From the NCBI RefSeq assembly GCF_009914755.1, contig NC_060937.1: 64,000 nt of DNA; one strand, given 5' to 3'. This document shows, piece after piece, positions 43,571 to 56,837 of the stretch. This DNA comes from the human T2T-CHM13v2.0 reference genome, Homo sapiens. Below the pieces are notes generated by a model, which was given only the letters and a program-made list of their open reading frames with translations, had not been told where the DNA came from and searched no databases. Each line of letters starts with the position of its first letter. Position 1 is the first letter of the stretch. Made by a program: the position numbers and the translations under genes.

Positions 43571-44392
43571 TTAGAGTGAGGTTTTACGTTTATCTGGATA
43601 GGAATTAGACTGTGTTTACTATTCGCTGTACCTATAGGTATTAGAGGCTAACATTTACTCTAGTGTCCTTGTTTCTCTCTTCCTTGTTGTCTTTGGGCTT
43701 CTCTAGAGACTCCTTCTTAAATAGAGTTTGTGCTCTGAAATTGCTCTCAGCTGTAACTCGGGTTATACAGGATCCCTATTGATAGAGTGTGGGTGGAGGG
43801 AAGGAAGTACTCTACAATCTTATTACCAGGTCTTAATGGTTTAGTGAGACCATGACCCTAGACTATGATCTTTACAAATACTTTCTAGCTTTTTTCTCCC
43901 TTACATGAGAAAAGAAGGCTAGAGGGTGCAGGAGTTGGGTATTTACTTTCCCTTATGGGTTTGTTAAGCTCTGGTAAAACTCACATTGGTTAGAAGCTGA
44001 TAAAATAGTTTCCTTTGAGGGTACAGAACACTCTAGGTATATTTCAAAATAGTTACTCTTCCCTTCTTGGTATCAGAAGCATGAGGTAATTTTCCTCTGA
44101 CCTTGACCCTGAGAGCTTGATGAAGCTCCTGGAGGTAAAACTCATAAAAACATGGGTATTGCCCTCCAAAACCTGGCTCCCAGGGGTTTTTAATCTTTCA
44201 GACTTCAGCAATTATTCAATTACCTTTTAAGTGTTTAAATTTAAGTCTCCAGATATGGCTTGTGCTCCCAGTAAGCTCTCTGATCTCTGTATCTGCCAAT
44301 CTCTCTAGTTGTTAGGGTGGCAGTTTGTCCTATGCCAATAATTTTATGCGGGATTAAAAAAAAGTTGTTGATTTTCAGTTTGTTGAGCTTTT

Positions 44393-44968
<576 letters not shown>

Positions 44969-45349
44969 ACAGGACAATTAAATCACTGTTATTAAAAATA
45001 GATTATGTCTACAGAGACAAGACTGGAAACAAGCAAACCAATCAGGAGCTTGTTTTGATATTTTAGGAATGAAAGGGTAAATGGTAGATTCAGTGCAGTT
45101 AAGTTTAGGAGCCTTGATTCACAATTGAAATTAGTTGAATGAAGCTTTTCTTAGCCTGTCAACCATGTTGCTACAAGGAAAACATCTTGGGTGAGATCTT
45201 AGAAGGTAAGACCTGCACGTTTATAGGCTAGAATGGTCAGCCTGTGGAGCTGTCAAGAGGTCCAGAATGAGGCATCCTGAGACTCAAAAAGATACTTAAG
45301 AGAACTTATAATTCATGACTGAAGAAAAGTTTATTAAGACTGAAAGTGT

Positions 45350-47685
45350 AAGAATGCAAGGTTGGTTCAACATACGCAAATCAATAAATCTGATTTATTA
45401 CATAAACAGAACTAAAGACAAAAATCACATGGTGCAGAAAAAGCTTTTAATAAAATCCAACATTCACTCTTGTTAAAAATTCAATAAACTAGGTATTGAA
45501 GGAACATACCCCAAAATAATAAGAGCCACATATGACAAACTCACAGCCAACATCATACTGAATGGGCAAAAGCTGGAAGCATTCCCCTTGAAAACTTACA
45601 CAAGACAAGGATGCCCTCTTTCACTGCTCCTATTCAACATAGTATTGGAAGTTCTGGCCAGAGCAATTAAGCAAGAGAAACAAATAAAGCACAGCCAAAT
45701 AAGAAAAGAGGAAGTCAAACTATGCGTTTGCAGACTATATGATCCTATATCTAGAAAACCCCACAGTCTCAGCCCAAAAGCTTCTTAAACTGATAAACAA
45801 CTTCAGCAAAGTCTCAGGATACAAAATCAATGTGCAGTAATCACTAGCATTCCTATACACCAACGACTAGCAAGCAGAGAGCCAAATCATAAACTCCCAT
45901 TCACAATTGCTACAAAAATGAATAAGATACTTAGGAATACAGCTAACAAGGGAAGTGAAGGACCTCTTCAAGGAGAACTACAAACCACTGCTCAAATAAA
46001 TCAGAGATGACACAAACAAATGGAATAACACTCCATGCTCATGGATAGGAGAATCAGTATTGTTAAAATGGCCATACTGCTCAAAGCAATTTATAGATTC
46101 AGTGCTGTTTCTAACACACTGTCATTGACCTTCTACTCAGAACTAGAGAGAACTATTTTAACATTCACATGGAACCAAAAAGAGCCTGAATAGCCAAGAC
46201 AATCCTAAGCGAAAAGAACAATGCTGGCAGCATCACACTACCTGACTTCAAATTATACTACAGGACTATAGTAACCAAAACAGCATGGTACTGGTGCAAA
46301 AACAGACACATAGACCAATGGAACAGAATAGAGAACCCAGAAGTAAGACCACACACCTACAACAACCATCTGATCTTCAACAAACCTGAAAAAGACAAGC
46401 AATGGGGAAAGAATTCTCTATTGAATAAATGGTGCTGGGATAACTGGCAAGCCATATGCAGAAGATTGAAATTGGAACCCTTCCTTACACTGTATACAAA
46501 AATTAACTCAAGGTGGATTAAAGACTTAAATGTAAAACCCAAAACTATAAAAACCCTAGAAGAAAGTCTAGGCAATACCATTCAGGACATAGGCACAGTC
46601 AAAGATTTCATGACAAGGATGCCAAAAGTAATTGCAACAAAAGCAAAAATTGTCAAATGGGATCTAATTAAACTAAAGAGCTTCTGCACAGCAAAAGAAA
46701 CTATCAACAGAGTAAACAGACAACCTACAGATGGGAGAAAATTTTTGCAACCTATGCATCTGGAAAGGTCTAATATCCAGCATCTGTAAGAAACACTTAA
46801 AAATTTACAAGAAAAAACAACCCCATAAAAAAGTGGGCAAAGGACATGAACAGACAGTTTTCAAAAGAAGACATATATGCAGCCAACAATCATAGGAAAA
46901 AAACACTCAACATTACTGATCACTGGAGAAATACAAATCAAAAACACAAGATACCATTTAACACCAGCCAAATGGCTATTAATAAAAAGTCAAAAAATAG
47001 CACATGCTGGCAAGGTTATGGAGAAAAAGAAATGCTTATACACTGTTGGTGGCAGCATAAATTAGTTCAGCCATTGTGGAAGACAGTGTGGCAATTCCTC
47101 AGAGACCTAAAGACAGAAATATCATTCAAGCCAGCAATCTCATTACTGGTTATATACCCAAAGGAATAGAAATCATTCTGTTATAAAGACACATGCACAC
47201 ATATGTTTATTGCAGCACTATTCACAATAGAAAAGGCATGAAATCAACTGAAATGCCAATCAATGATAGACTGGATAAAGGAAATGTGGTACATATATAC
47301 CATGGAATACTATGCAGCCATAAAGAAAAATGAGATTATGTCCTTTGCAGGGACATGGTTGAAGCTGGACGCCATTATCCTTAGCAAACTAATGCAGGAA
47401 CAGAAAACTAAACACCACATGTTCTCACTTATAAGTGGGAGCTAAATGATGAGAACACATGGACTCATAGAAGGGAATAACATTCACTGGGTATTGGAGG
47501 GTGGAGGGTAGGAGGAGGGAGAGGATCAGGAAAAATAACTAAACGGTACTAGGTTTAATACGTGAGTCATGAAATAATCTATACAATGACCCCTCATGAC
47601 ACGAGTTTCCCTATGTAACAAACCTGCACATGTACGCCTGAATTTAAAAGTTAAAAAATAAAAATAAACAAATAATCAAAAAAAG
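45350..47685 (+). mobile_element. L1PA11-14-like LINE, 5'-truncated (about 2.3 kb), degenerate ORF2
   Basis: [10 protein letters not shown] motif, KWCWDNW, MEYYAAIKK fragments; 3'UTR GGAGAGGATCAGGAAAAATAACT..GAAATAATCT; A-rich tail. Confidence 0.95.
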
Positions 47686-48101
47686 AGACAAAGATGCAAG
47701 CAAACATAAAATAAAAGATTTTAGGAGGAAAACCCTGTAACATTAAAATTAAACTTAAAATGGAAATATCAACATAAATTCATAATTTTTAAGATTATAT
47801 TTTCTAATGTCATAAATAACAAGGCCTAGAAATACCTAGAGCTTAGATCTTAATTTCTAAATACTAATTCCCATTCAAGGAACCAAGGCTTTTTGAGGAA
47901 ACCTTTTTATTTATTTTATGTATTTTGAATAAATAAAAATCAGGGAGCCTACAGTGACATAAAAAAGAAAATTTTAAAAGAGAGGAAAACAAGAGGCTCC
48001 TCTTTATGGAAGAATGAATGTCAACTAAAAATGCAGAAGCAATAATTTTAGAATTTCATCATACAAAAAAATTGACAGTGAGTATAATTGCAGTCAAGAA
48101 C

Positions 48102-48561
48102 TGTGAAGTATCTGACATATTACGCTGCTTGCAGGCTGTTAACCTGCCAATTTAATGGGTACTGGAAAAGACACAAAACTCCTAGGTCAGAGTGAAATAA
48201 CTATTATTCAGCACAGCAGGAAACATTAGCTTACTGTTTGCATTTATTTTCCTTTGTTCCCCATAGTGTTCAGATTAATCCAGGTGCATGCTATACACAC
48301 AGTGGGTTTGATTCTTGGGCTAGGAAAAAGGGGCTCCTAGCAAACCTACTCAACTTTTGCCTTGGAAGGAGATATTATCTTTCTTATCTTGGACAGGAAA
48401 TAAATCTGCCTTTTGTTCCAGAAGGGGATATTGTCTCAATCTTCCAATGCAGTTTGCTATACAAATATCTTTGAAAAGACAGCCCAGAGTGAAAACAATC
48501 AATCCTCTGCTTGCATAATGTGCAGAAAGAGAAGAGTCCTATGAAGAATGGCCTCCTAACA
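48102..48561 (-). mobile_element. MER74/MER54-group ERVL solo LTR
   Basis: TG..CA ends; CTTGCAGGCT..CCTGCCA..AAGACA..ACTCCTAGGTCAGAG; inserted in an old L1M 3' remnant. Confidence 0.6.
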
Positions 48562-49090
48562 TGTATCACTCCACAGATTGCTTAATGATTGCTGAAAGAA
48601 AATACCAGCTTTACAATGGAATGGCCTAATGTTCAGCCCCTTAACTGAGTGACAGAATTTCACATCATGAATAGAGAGACAATTTGATACTATATCCCTC
48701 CTGATGTGTTACAATATGAAGTATTCTACATCAACTATGAAGTGTCATAATTTTTAACCTGAACCTCATCAAGCTTCTAGACTTAATGAGCTACCTTCCA
48801 GTTTATTAGTAGTCAATATAGAGCTAGAGGAACAAATTAAAGGACATCATGAAGAAACCATCAGAAAAATTCTGAAAATTCTACAAGTTTTAAATTACTC
48901 AAAAAATTAAGACCATTAAAACAACAAAGCAAGTGAAAGAATTGCTCCAGATGAAAAGTTATGAAAAAGCACAAAAAAATGTAATATATAAAATCAAATT
49001 GGGTCCTTGCTTTAGAAAAGAAATTAGCCATGAAAACATTCCTGGGACAAATGGGGAGATTTAGGTACAAATTGTGTAAGAGATGACACT
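48562..49090 (+). mobile_element. L1MC/ME 3' fragment
   Basis: CCCTCCTGATGTG..TTTAACCTGAACCTCATCAAGC..GAATTGCTCCAGATGAAA. Confidence 0.55.
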
Positions 49091-50223
49091 ATGCATCTCA
49101 ATTTTCTACTCTTCTTCATGCTTATCTCTTCCTAGGAAATCCTCTACAATGTACCTTACCTTGCTGTGATACTTTCTGAATTAACTCTTATACCTTCTTT
49201 ATGACTTATACCAGGCCTCATGTTCTACAAAAGAGCTTTCCCATTCATACCTCCCCTACAGACTGTGTGATTTGCTCCTTTTCCTCAATAGCCCCCACAC
49301 ACATTTATCGTGACATTTATCACATTTCAATTAACAATTTATATGTCTTTCCTTGCCATAAGACTAAATCCCATGAGAACAGGGACTATGCCCTATTCAT
49401 CTATGTATCTTTATTATCTATTATTTAGTAACTACCTGTGAGCTGGGTATCTAGATGGATAGATGGATTAATAGAAGATCCTAGGGCCAATATAGGGACT
49501 TAATGGCCTCTAGATGGAAACCTAAAAGAAAAGACAGCACTCCCAAGCTTTAGAGACAAAAGAGCACCCCAGAGAAAGAAGATAACCAAAGAGGCATTAA
49601 CTTGGTGACAAAACCTAGGCTGTTTGAGTGTGATTTTATTCAGCAAGAAAGTTTGTACTTTGATGTCCTTTCTCTTTATAAACACTTACTGTTGGTCTTC
49701 CCCATACTGGCTTCAACCAGCATATCTGAACTAATGATTTCTACCTCTCCAATTCTAGCTTTAAGCCTTCTCTGAAAATCCAAACCAGAAATGCCATCTG
49801 ATTATTGGTAATCATCAAGGGAATTTCCTCCTTTTATTCTAAAATCAGTTTCTAAAACTGAGTATCCTGTCTCTGCTTCCTAAACCCACCTTCCTTTCTC
49901 CTTCAGTCTGCGCCATTATTAATGGAGCCACTCACTCGGGCTAGCACCTTCAGTCATATCTGAGTTCCATTTCCTGAACTCTATCAAGTCAACCATCAAT
50001 TCCTCAGGCATCCATTGTCTTCTTATCCATCCTCACAGCCAAAGTCTAGATTCGGCATCAGTTTATAAGAATAATTATAGAAAAGTGAGGCAGAGGCGCC
50101 ATTCTATTAAACATAGTTTAAACTTGTTACTTCTCTGTTCCACAATCTATCTAATTAAAGATTAAGATGAAAGAACACAACTTGTATTCACTACCTACTT
50201 TGCTAACATTATCTTCCAACAAA

Positions 50224-50509
50224 ATGCTAGTACATTACAATCAGCTTATAATGAGTAGTGACGACAACCAGAAGTTACTTCCATTGCCATCTTGAATGTG
50301 GTAGGTTTTGACCAGCTTCTATACTGCATCCTGTTTTATTAGCAGGGTATTTATGATCTGTATCTTGTTATAACAGTCCTGCTAACCACCTATCTCATCC
50401 TGTGACTAAGAATGTCTGACCTCCTGAGAATGCAACCCAGTAGGTATTAGCCTTATTTTACCCAGCCCTTGTTCAAGATGGAATTGCTCCAGTTTGAATG
50501 CCTCTGACA
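50224..50509 (-). mobile_element. MER41B-like ERV1 LTR, 5' half only, within L2
   Basis: Reverse strand reads TGTCAGAGGCATTCAAAC..GCAATTCCATCTTGAA..GGCTGGGTAAAAT..TAGTCACAGGATGAGATAGG..CAAGATACAG. Confidence 0.85.
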
Positions 50510-51279
50510 GTTTACTCCAGAGCAGGAATATTTTTCTGTACACTGTACTGCTCCAAACTCTCGTCCATGTTTCCATTGGAATTATCAAGCTCCATTTGGA
50601 GTTATATTGAGCTTGAGCCGAGGGCCATGCCCTCTTTACCTTTGTATCTGTCATCTGTCTTGGTATAAAGTAGTCAAAGTTGGGATTTAATTAATACTGG
50701 CACTGAATTCAGTACTGACAGAAATAAATAACTAAAAGAATAGCAAGCAAAAGAGGAAAAGTAGATGAGAAAAAAGAGAGGAACTTATAAGCCTAATTTT
50801 TTTAAATTTCAGTATATAGAATAATCTCATACACTATTAGTTACAGAATCAGATATGATCAATTGCTACCTAAATCTCACCTACAAAGTAAGATATTGTG
50901 CAGCTTGCACTTTTGCAAACATTTTTAAATTTCACAATTCAATACTGCATGCTGCCCATACCCACCTCCAAATCTCTTCATTCACTCATTCATTTGTCAA
51001 AAAAAAAGGACTATGAAATAGAGGTTTTCAAATGTATGGAATGTTAGCATTTTGAGTTCCAGTAATTCAGGTCTCCAAATAATTTTTTATAAGTCACCAC
51101 ATCATAAGAGATACATCTTAAAACTTTGACATTACACACACTTAGGAATTTCATTCATTTTTTTCTTCAGTTCTTGTTAAAAGAACTGTTAAAATGTTAA
51201 AATTGAGCCCGTTCACTCAATGAGCCCTTCCACAATCCCTTCCAGACTGCCCACTTAAAGACTTTTCTAAGAACCCTTT

Positions 51280-51778
51280 TTTAGTTCACTTTATATGTCA
51301 ATTTGACTGGGCCATGGGATGCCTCAATATCTGATTAAACATTATCTCTGGGTATGTCTGTGAAGGTGTTTCTGGAAGATATTAGCATTTGCATTGGTGG
51401 GCTGAATAAAGCGGATGGTCCTCCTTAGCATGAAGGCCTGCATAAAACAAAAAAGCAGAGGAAAGCTGGATTCCCTCTCCCTCTGCCTTACTGCATACGC
51501 TGAACATCAATCTGCTACTGTGCTCACCATTCCTGGTTCTCAGGAATGGTAGAACCTTAAGACTAGAACTGTAATCTACACCAACAGTTCTCTCAGGCCT
51601 TCAAATTACACTACTGGCTTTCCTGGGTCTCCAGCTTGCAAATGGCAGATCATGGGACTTCTCAGCCTCCATAATCACTTGAGCCAATTCCTTATTTTAT
51701 ATATATATACACACACACATATAAATACACATACATATATTTCCTATGGTGTTCTGTTTCTCTGGAGAGCACTAATAG
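51280..51778 (+). mobile_element. MLT2-family ERVL solo LTR
   Basis: ATGTCAATTTGACTGGGCCA..AAACATTATCTCTGGGT..GGGACTTCTCAGCCTCCATAATC..TTCTGTTTCTCTGGAGA. Confidence 0.85.
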
Positions 51779-52885
51779 AAAACTCTATATATATTTGACA
51801 AAATTTGCCTGCCTTGCTTTATTTTATTTAAATATTTTTTCTAAGGAAACCTTTAAGATTCTCTTTGACACTGTTACACATTGGTTATTGGTAAATTTCC
51901 TCCATACCAAATACTCCTGCTTTATTTTACTATCTGTTAAGGGTATCCCCATTATCTCCTTTATTTAAATTTAGAACTTCAGTATCATCTTTGAGAAAAT
52001 GGTTTTTTGTTTTGTTTAGTTTTTTAAAGTTATCCCATTAAAAACACATTAATATTTACTTATAAAGATTTATGCTTAGAGGAATGCTTTCAAGCAACAT
52101 TCAAACATTAAAAGAATTTTCAGATCTTATCCATCAGTTGCGTAGTTCTAACTAGATAAGTAAAATTATATTCAGCAAGTCAATTTTCAGAAGGTGGCTG
52201 AGCAGATTCAGCCTCCTATGACAAACACAGCTTACTCCTCTAAGACAGCAAACACAATTCTCTAGAGTAAACATTCTAGAAAATGCAGTTGTTTGGGTTT
52301 CTTTTTTTAACAATCAATCTTAAGTTTATAAAATATCAATCCTTAAACCTAGTAAAACAAACCTTAGACTATTATAGGAAAGCCTTATATCCTTTTCAAT
52401 AAACAGATTGACAGGAATTCAACATTAAAATGACAAGACACAGAACAATTAAATTTAGCTTAAAATTTCAGGTAGCATATTTAGCTTCTAACCCCATATG
52501 GGTACATGTGGATATTAACTATTCAGTTATTAGTTTAAAAAACTGTATGATTTTGATAATTCACTACTTGTTCAAATGACTTAGTAGAAACTTGATAAAA
52601 TTGCTACATTGACCATGGACCTTTCCATCGTAGATTTGCTGACTAATGAAAAAGCTGCATTCAAGCTAACTAAATTCAAGATGGAAACATAGATGCTTGA
52701 AAGTGTTTCTTTTCCTTCCTTTTGCACCCAGGTGTCACTTCTCCCACCCAAATCCACACAACTATGATCTAAATGTTGTCCTCTCAAACAATGTAGGAGT
52801 CAATGGAGGATTTAAATGTCCTTTTGGTTTTTTTCCTTTCAACTTAACTTGTTTTTTTAACCACTCAGGAAATCTCCCAATTCTT

Positions 52886-52887
52886 TT

Positions 52888-52920
<33 letters not shown>

Positions 52921-52927
52921 TACACAT
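52886..52927. repeat. (CT)n(CA)n compound microsatellite
   Basis: Seen directly. Confidence 0.9.
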
Positions 52928-54053
52928 TTCCAGTAAAAACTGATTTCAGAGAAGTTACACGTTAAATCTTCCTCTTGGAGATTGTTAAGGGAGTTCTCAA
53001 CATGGAAATGAGAGAATGATACCTAATACCAAAAAAACACACTTAAGTACATAGTCCACAGATCCTCTAAAGGAACCCACAATAGAAACTACAAAGCAAC
53101 CAAGTAACCTCACAATAGGATCGACACATCACATATCAATATTGACCTTGAATGTAAACTGCCTCAGTGCCCCCCTGTAAAAGGCACAAAGTGGCAAGTT
53201 GGATAAAAAGATAAGACCCATCTGTCTGCTGTCTTTAAGAGACCCAGGTCACATGTAATGACTCAGAGACTATTATAAACAACTCCATGCAATCAAACTG
53301 GAAAATCTAGAGGAAATGTATAAATTTCTGGAAAAAATCTCCCAAGATTGAATCAGGAAGAAATTCAAATCCTGAACAGACCAATATTGAATTCCAAAAT
53401 TGAATCAGTAATCAAAAACCTACCAACCATAAAAAGCCCCAGACGTGACGGAATCACAGCCAAATTCTACAAGATGTATGAATAAGAGCTTGTATTAGTT
53501 CTGAAACTATTCCAAAAAAATCGAGAAGGAGGGATTCCTCCCTAATTCATTCTACAAAGCCAGCATTGCCCTCACACCAAAACCTGGCAAAGACACAATG
53601 AAAAAAGAAAATTACAGACAAATATCCCTGATGAACATAGACATAAACGTCTTTAAAAAAAAATGCTAGCAAACTGAATCCAGCAGCACATGAGAAAGTT
53701 AATTCACCATGATCAAGTAGGCTTCATTCCTGGGATGCAAGTTTGGCTCAACACATGCAAATCAATGAATGTGATTTATCACATAAACAGAATTAAAAAC
53801 AAAAACCATATCATTATCTCAATACAGGCAGAAAAATCTTACTATAAAATCCAATACTCTTTCATGATAAAAACCCTCAACAAACTAGGCATTGAAGGAA
53901 CATGCCTCAAAATAATAAGAGATGTCTATGACAAACCTACAGCCAACATCATTCTGAACTGGCAAAAGCTAGAACCATTCCCCCTGAGAACTGAAACAAG
54001 ACATGAATGCCCACTCTCACCGCTCTTATTCAACATAATACTGGAATTCTTAG

Positions 54054-54112
54054 TGATATGATTTGGATCTGTGTCCCCACCCAAATTTCAGGTCAAATTC
54101 TAATCCCCAGTG
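54054..54112 (+). mobile_element. MST-type LTR 5' stub
   Basis: TGATATGATTTGGATCTGTGTCCCCACCCAAAT..TAATCCCCAGTG. Confidence 0.85.
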
Positions 54113-54846
54113 AAACTCTGCACAGCAAAAGACACTATCAACAAACAGACAATCTACAGAATGGGAGAACATATTCACAAACTATGCATCTAACAAAGGT
54201 CTAATGTGCAGAGTCTACAAGGAACTTAAACAATTCAACAAGCAAAAAACAAATAACCCCATTAAAAAGTGTGCAAAAGACATGAACAGAGACTTCTCAA
54301 AAGAAGGCATTTAATGGTTAACATGTGTATGAAAAAATGTTTAACATCCCTAATTATCACAGAAATCTAAATCAAAACCACAATGAGATACCATCTCACA
54401 CCAGTCAAAATGGCTATTATTAAAAAATAAATAAATAAAAAAGAAAAAACATAAAAAGACAGATGCTGGTGAGGCTGCAGGGAAAAGGGAATACTTATAC
54501 ACTCTTGGTGGGAATGTAAATTAGTGCAGCTGCTGTGGAAAGAAGTTTGGAGATTCCTCAAAGAACTTAAAAGAGAACTACCATTTGAAAAAGCAATCCA
54601 ATTACTGGGTATATATCCAAAAGAAAATAAATTTTTCTACCAAAAAGACACACGCACTCATATGTTCATCACAGCATTATTCACAATAGCAAAGTCATAG
54701 AATCAACCTAGACCCATCAACGGTGATTGGATACAGAAAATGTGGCATATATACACCATGGAATACTATGCAGTGATTTAAAAAAAGAACAAAATGATGT
54801 CCTTTGCAGCAACACAGATGCAGCTGGAGGCCATTATCCTAAGTAA

Positions 54847-55085
54847 ATTACTGCAGGAACAGAAAACCAAATACCAAATATTCTAACTTAAGAGCGTGAG
54901 CTAAACGTTGGGTATTCGTGGACATAAAGATAGCAACAATAGAAACTAGGGGCTACTAGAGTGGGGAAGGCTTTAGTAGCCCCTAGTTTCTATTGTTGCT
55001 ATGTTTATGTCCATGAGTACCCAATGTTTAGCTCACAGTCATTAGTGAGAATATTTGGTATTTGGTTTTCTGTTCCTACAGTAAT
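54847..55085. repeat. Fold-back inverted duplication (115-bp arms, 9-nt loop)
   Basis: 54847-54961 versus reverse complement of 54971-55085: 11 mismatches and no gaps by manual alignment. Confidence 0.95.
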
Positions 55086-56130
55086 AGTAATGGAGAGGAC
55101 AGGTGTTGAAAAACTCATTATTGAGTACTGTGCTCACTACCTGGGTGACAGGATCAATTGTACCCCAAACTTCAGCATCACACAATATATACAAACCTGC
55201 ACATGTACCTCCTGAATCTAAAATAAAAGTTGAAATTAGTTGTTAAAATTTTCCTCTTGGATGCAAACAATGCTCATTAGCATATTAAGAGTTCGAAAGG
55301 TACCTTTTGAAGGAAATCTGTTTAATGTCACTTAAATTCTTTAGACAATAGAATTTTTAATTCATTATAACATCTTTAAGATATATTTTAAAAAATAAGT
55401 CCTATGGAAACCCTTTGGCAAATCCTGTTACCAATGGCGGGATTATTTTACTTTCTTACTCTTTCTTCCTAGACTCTCTCCCCTCATACCTTTCTACCAG
55501 GGCCCACCACTCTACCTTGGCCCAGAAATACATCTCTTATTTAGTTCCCCTGATTAAGATGTTTGCCATCTTTCCACAACAGCTAATGTTTCAGGCAAAG
55601 TTAAGAAAAGAGAATTAAGAAAAACATGGTGCCCTAATATCAATGGCATGAGATTCCTGGAAAACCAAAGACATCTAGGCATCTTTCATGTAATGTACCT
55701 CACAGGGTATAATACTTACATAATTTTGATGGCAGGATTATATTCATACTACAAATTTAAATGTTTAATGCTTTCAGGCTCTAAAATGTTTATTTAATAA
55801 GTGATAATAATATAATATTAAATGTTGATTTTTTCCTAATTAGGTAATATGTAAAATAAGTTACAAACATTCCTCTTGCCTTTTAAAAGTTTATAATCTG
55901 TTAAACACAGAAAAACATAGACTCTACAGAAAAATATAGCATCCAGTGATCGATTCAAGTTATATGTTATTTAACCCACATATACTTTGCACCAAACAGT
56001 GCAGGCACAATAAGGCACAAACAGGCTATCATTGAACCTAGCTAGTTAAAACATCTAATAAACAGAAAATCAGGTTATTAAAAGGTAAGAGAGACATAAA
56101 AAATACTGAAGAGAAGAAGAAAATATACAG

Positions 56131-56612
56131 TGTGGCAGACAGATTCTTAGGAGGTCCCCATGATTCTTAATGTGTTGATGTCCTTGTGTGATTTCTTCTC
56201 CTTGACTGTTGGTAAGATCTGTGACCTGCTTCTAACCAATGGAACATGGCAGAGGGGATTGATTACATATACAGTATTACATCAGAGTATACAGCCCATC
56301 ATACTGAAATCTCTCCTGCTCCACTGCTGGCTTTGAAGAAGTGAGCTGCCATGAATCTTACAGCTTTAAGAAAATGAATTTTGCCAACAACCTGAGGAAG
56401 CTTGGAAGTAGATCCATTCTCAGTTAAGCCTTCAGATAAGAACCCAATTCATCCTGACTGATACCTTAATTTCAGACTTACGAAACCCTAATAAGAGGAC
56501 CCAGTTAAGCTGTCCCTGAATTCCTGGCCTACATAAACCATAAGATAATATATGTGTGTTATTTCAAGCCGCTACATTTGAGGTATTTTTTATGCAAAAG
56601 ATAATTTATGCA
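56131..56612 (+). mobile_element. MLT1E-like solo LTR
   Basis: TGTGGCAGACAGATTCT..CTGTGACCTGCTTCTAACCAAT..GAATTTTGCCAACAACCTGA..AGAGGACCCAGTTAAGC. Confidence 0.8.
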
Positions 56613-56837
56613 TAGAGTTTCAAAGGAAAGAATATATAATAATGAGCAATAGAACAGTTTTTATTGCAGAGGTCACCTAGTTATAGATGTTACGGATTTT
56701 TAAGGAATGGTTATGATTTGAACCCTAAGTTATTAAGGCAACAACTGTCTCTTAATTTCAGGAGATGTAAATTCAAATTTAAAACTTTGAAGTTACTAAA
56801 ATAAAGACATGTGAATAAGAAACATTTGTATAGCTTG

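Larger units (their letters stand above)
52980..55245 (+). mobile_element. L1PA15/16- or L1PB-like LINE, internally deleted and rearranged, with 16-bp TSD
   Basis: ORF1 end and ORF2 start, RT fragment ([14 protein letters not shown]), 3'UTR; TSD AAAT(C/T)TTCCTCTTGGA at 52964-52979 and 55246-55261. Confidence 0.9.
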
